The position numbers were made by a program, and so were the translations under genes. Below are positions 63,857 to 64,000 of a stretch of 64,000 nucleotides of DNA, piece by piece; within the stretch, counting starts at the first letter, position 1, and every line of letters starts with the position of its first letter. Location: contig JAIQEW010000015.1 of assembly GCA_020073605.1 (NCBI GenBank), positions 10,231 through 74,230 of the forward strand. The letters run 5' to 3'. Source of the stretch: Terriglobia bacterium (GTDB taxonomy: Bacteria; Acidobacteriota; Terriglobia; Acidiferrales; UBA7541). The notes under the pieces are model-generated. The model did not search any database, was not told the DNA's origin, and saw only the letters and a program-made list of their open reading frames with translations.

Positions 63857-63951
63857 CTCCGTGACCTCTGTGGAACTTTGTGTTCTCTGTGGTGAGCCTG
63901 TGGAAATGATGAAACACAGAGGTCACAGAGAAGGCACAGAGATCACAGAGG
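63857..63951. repeat. CTCTGTG/CACAGAG palindromic REP-like element (second copy)
   Basis: CTCCGTGACCTCTGTGGAACTTTGTGTTCTCTGTGGTGAGC .. GAAACACAGAGGTCACAGAGAAGGCACAGAGATCACAGAGG, directly 5' of the 63837 start. Confidence 0.8.
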
Positions 63952-64000
63952 GCCGCGTTTTCGGTTTGGTTTCAGCACATCTAGATCAATTCGCCGGCAA

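Overview
This is a 64-kb high-GC bacterial window. The gene content suggests an Acidobacteriota-like genome: a CarboxypepD_reg-type TonB-dependent receptor, a sedolisin with Ig-like repeats, a choice-of-anchor D protein and dense REP-like hairpins. That assignment is inference only. Bases 1-37,600 look like ordinary core genome: an M24 peptidase, accB-accC, thiE, two APC permeases, a HAMP-PP2C phosphatase, nnr-tsaE, fabI, a cyclase-homology protein and tRNA-Sec. The core also holds an AAA+/VWA pair, Lon-N and TPR genes, a complete divergent haem cluster (hemY-hemN-hemE <> ccsA-like-hemA-hemC-hemD-hemB-hemL), a 1303-aa TonB-dependent receptor and terC. Bases 37,600-64,000 are an accessory mosaic. 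They contain repeat-saturated non-coding DNA, a lytic transglycosylase mini-operon, a 1273-aa sedolisin, and phage-like virion/tail genes that all lie on the minus strand. Unrelated cargo interrupts those genes: a MazF/RHH TA pair, CMD/GNAT/DLH genes, a choice-of-anchor D surface protein, and several visibly A/T-richer inserts. The best candidate for an undescribed system is the A/T-richer, translationally coupled minus-strand cassette at 44,985-46,951 (possibly extending to 47,208). It encodes a STAS-GHKL ATPase fusion, a DUF4325-like STAS protein and a two-TM membrane protein, which looks like a partner-switching module wired to a membrane effector. Other notable signals are listed here.
- A tRNA-Sec whose 3' end is repeated 1.6 kb downstream, bracketing an integrase-less islet.
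- Several dispersed repeat families, including unusual heptad-periodic GTGRYTN tracts placed just 5' of accessory genes.
- A REP hairpin inserted in-frame in a CDS.
- A tail-like protein ending in a Hint/BIL domain.
- A shared C-terminal TM plus lipobox-like module on two unrelated surface proteins.
- Twin perfect TGTGA-N6-TCACA palindromes.
All domain calls come from motif recognition by eye. No searches or computations were run.
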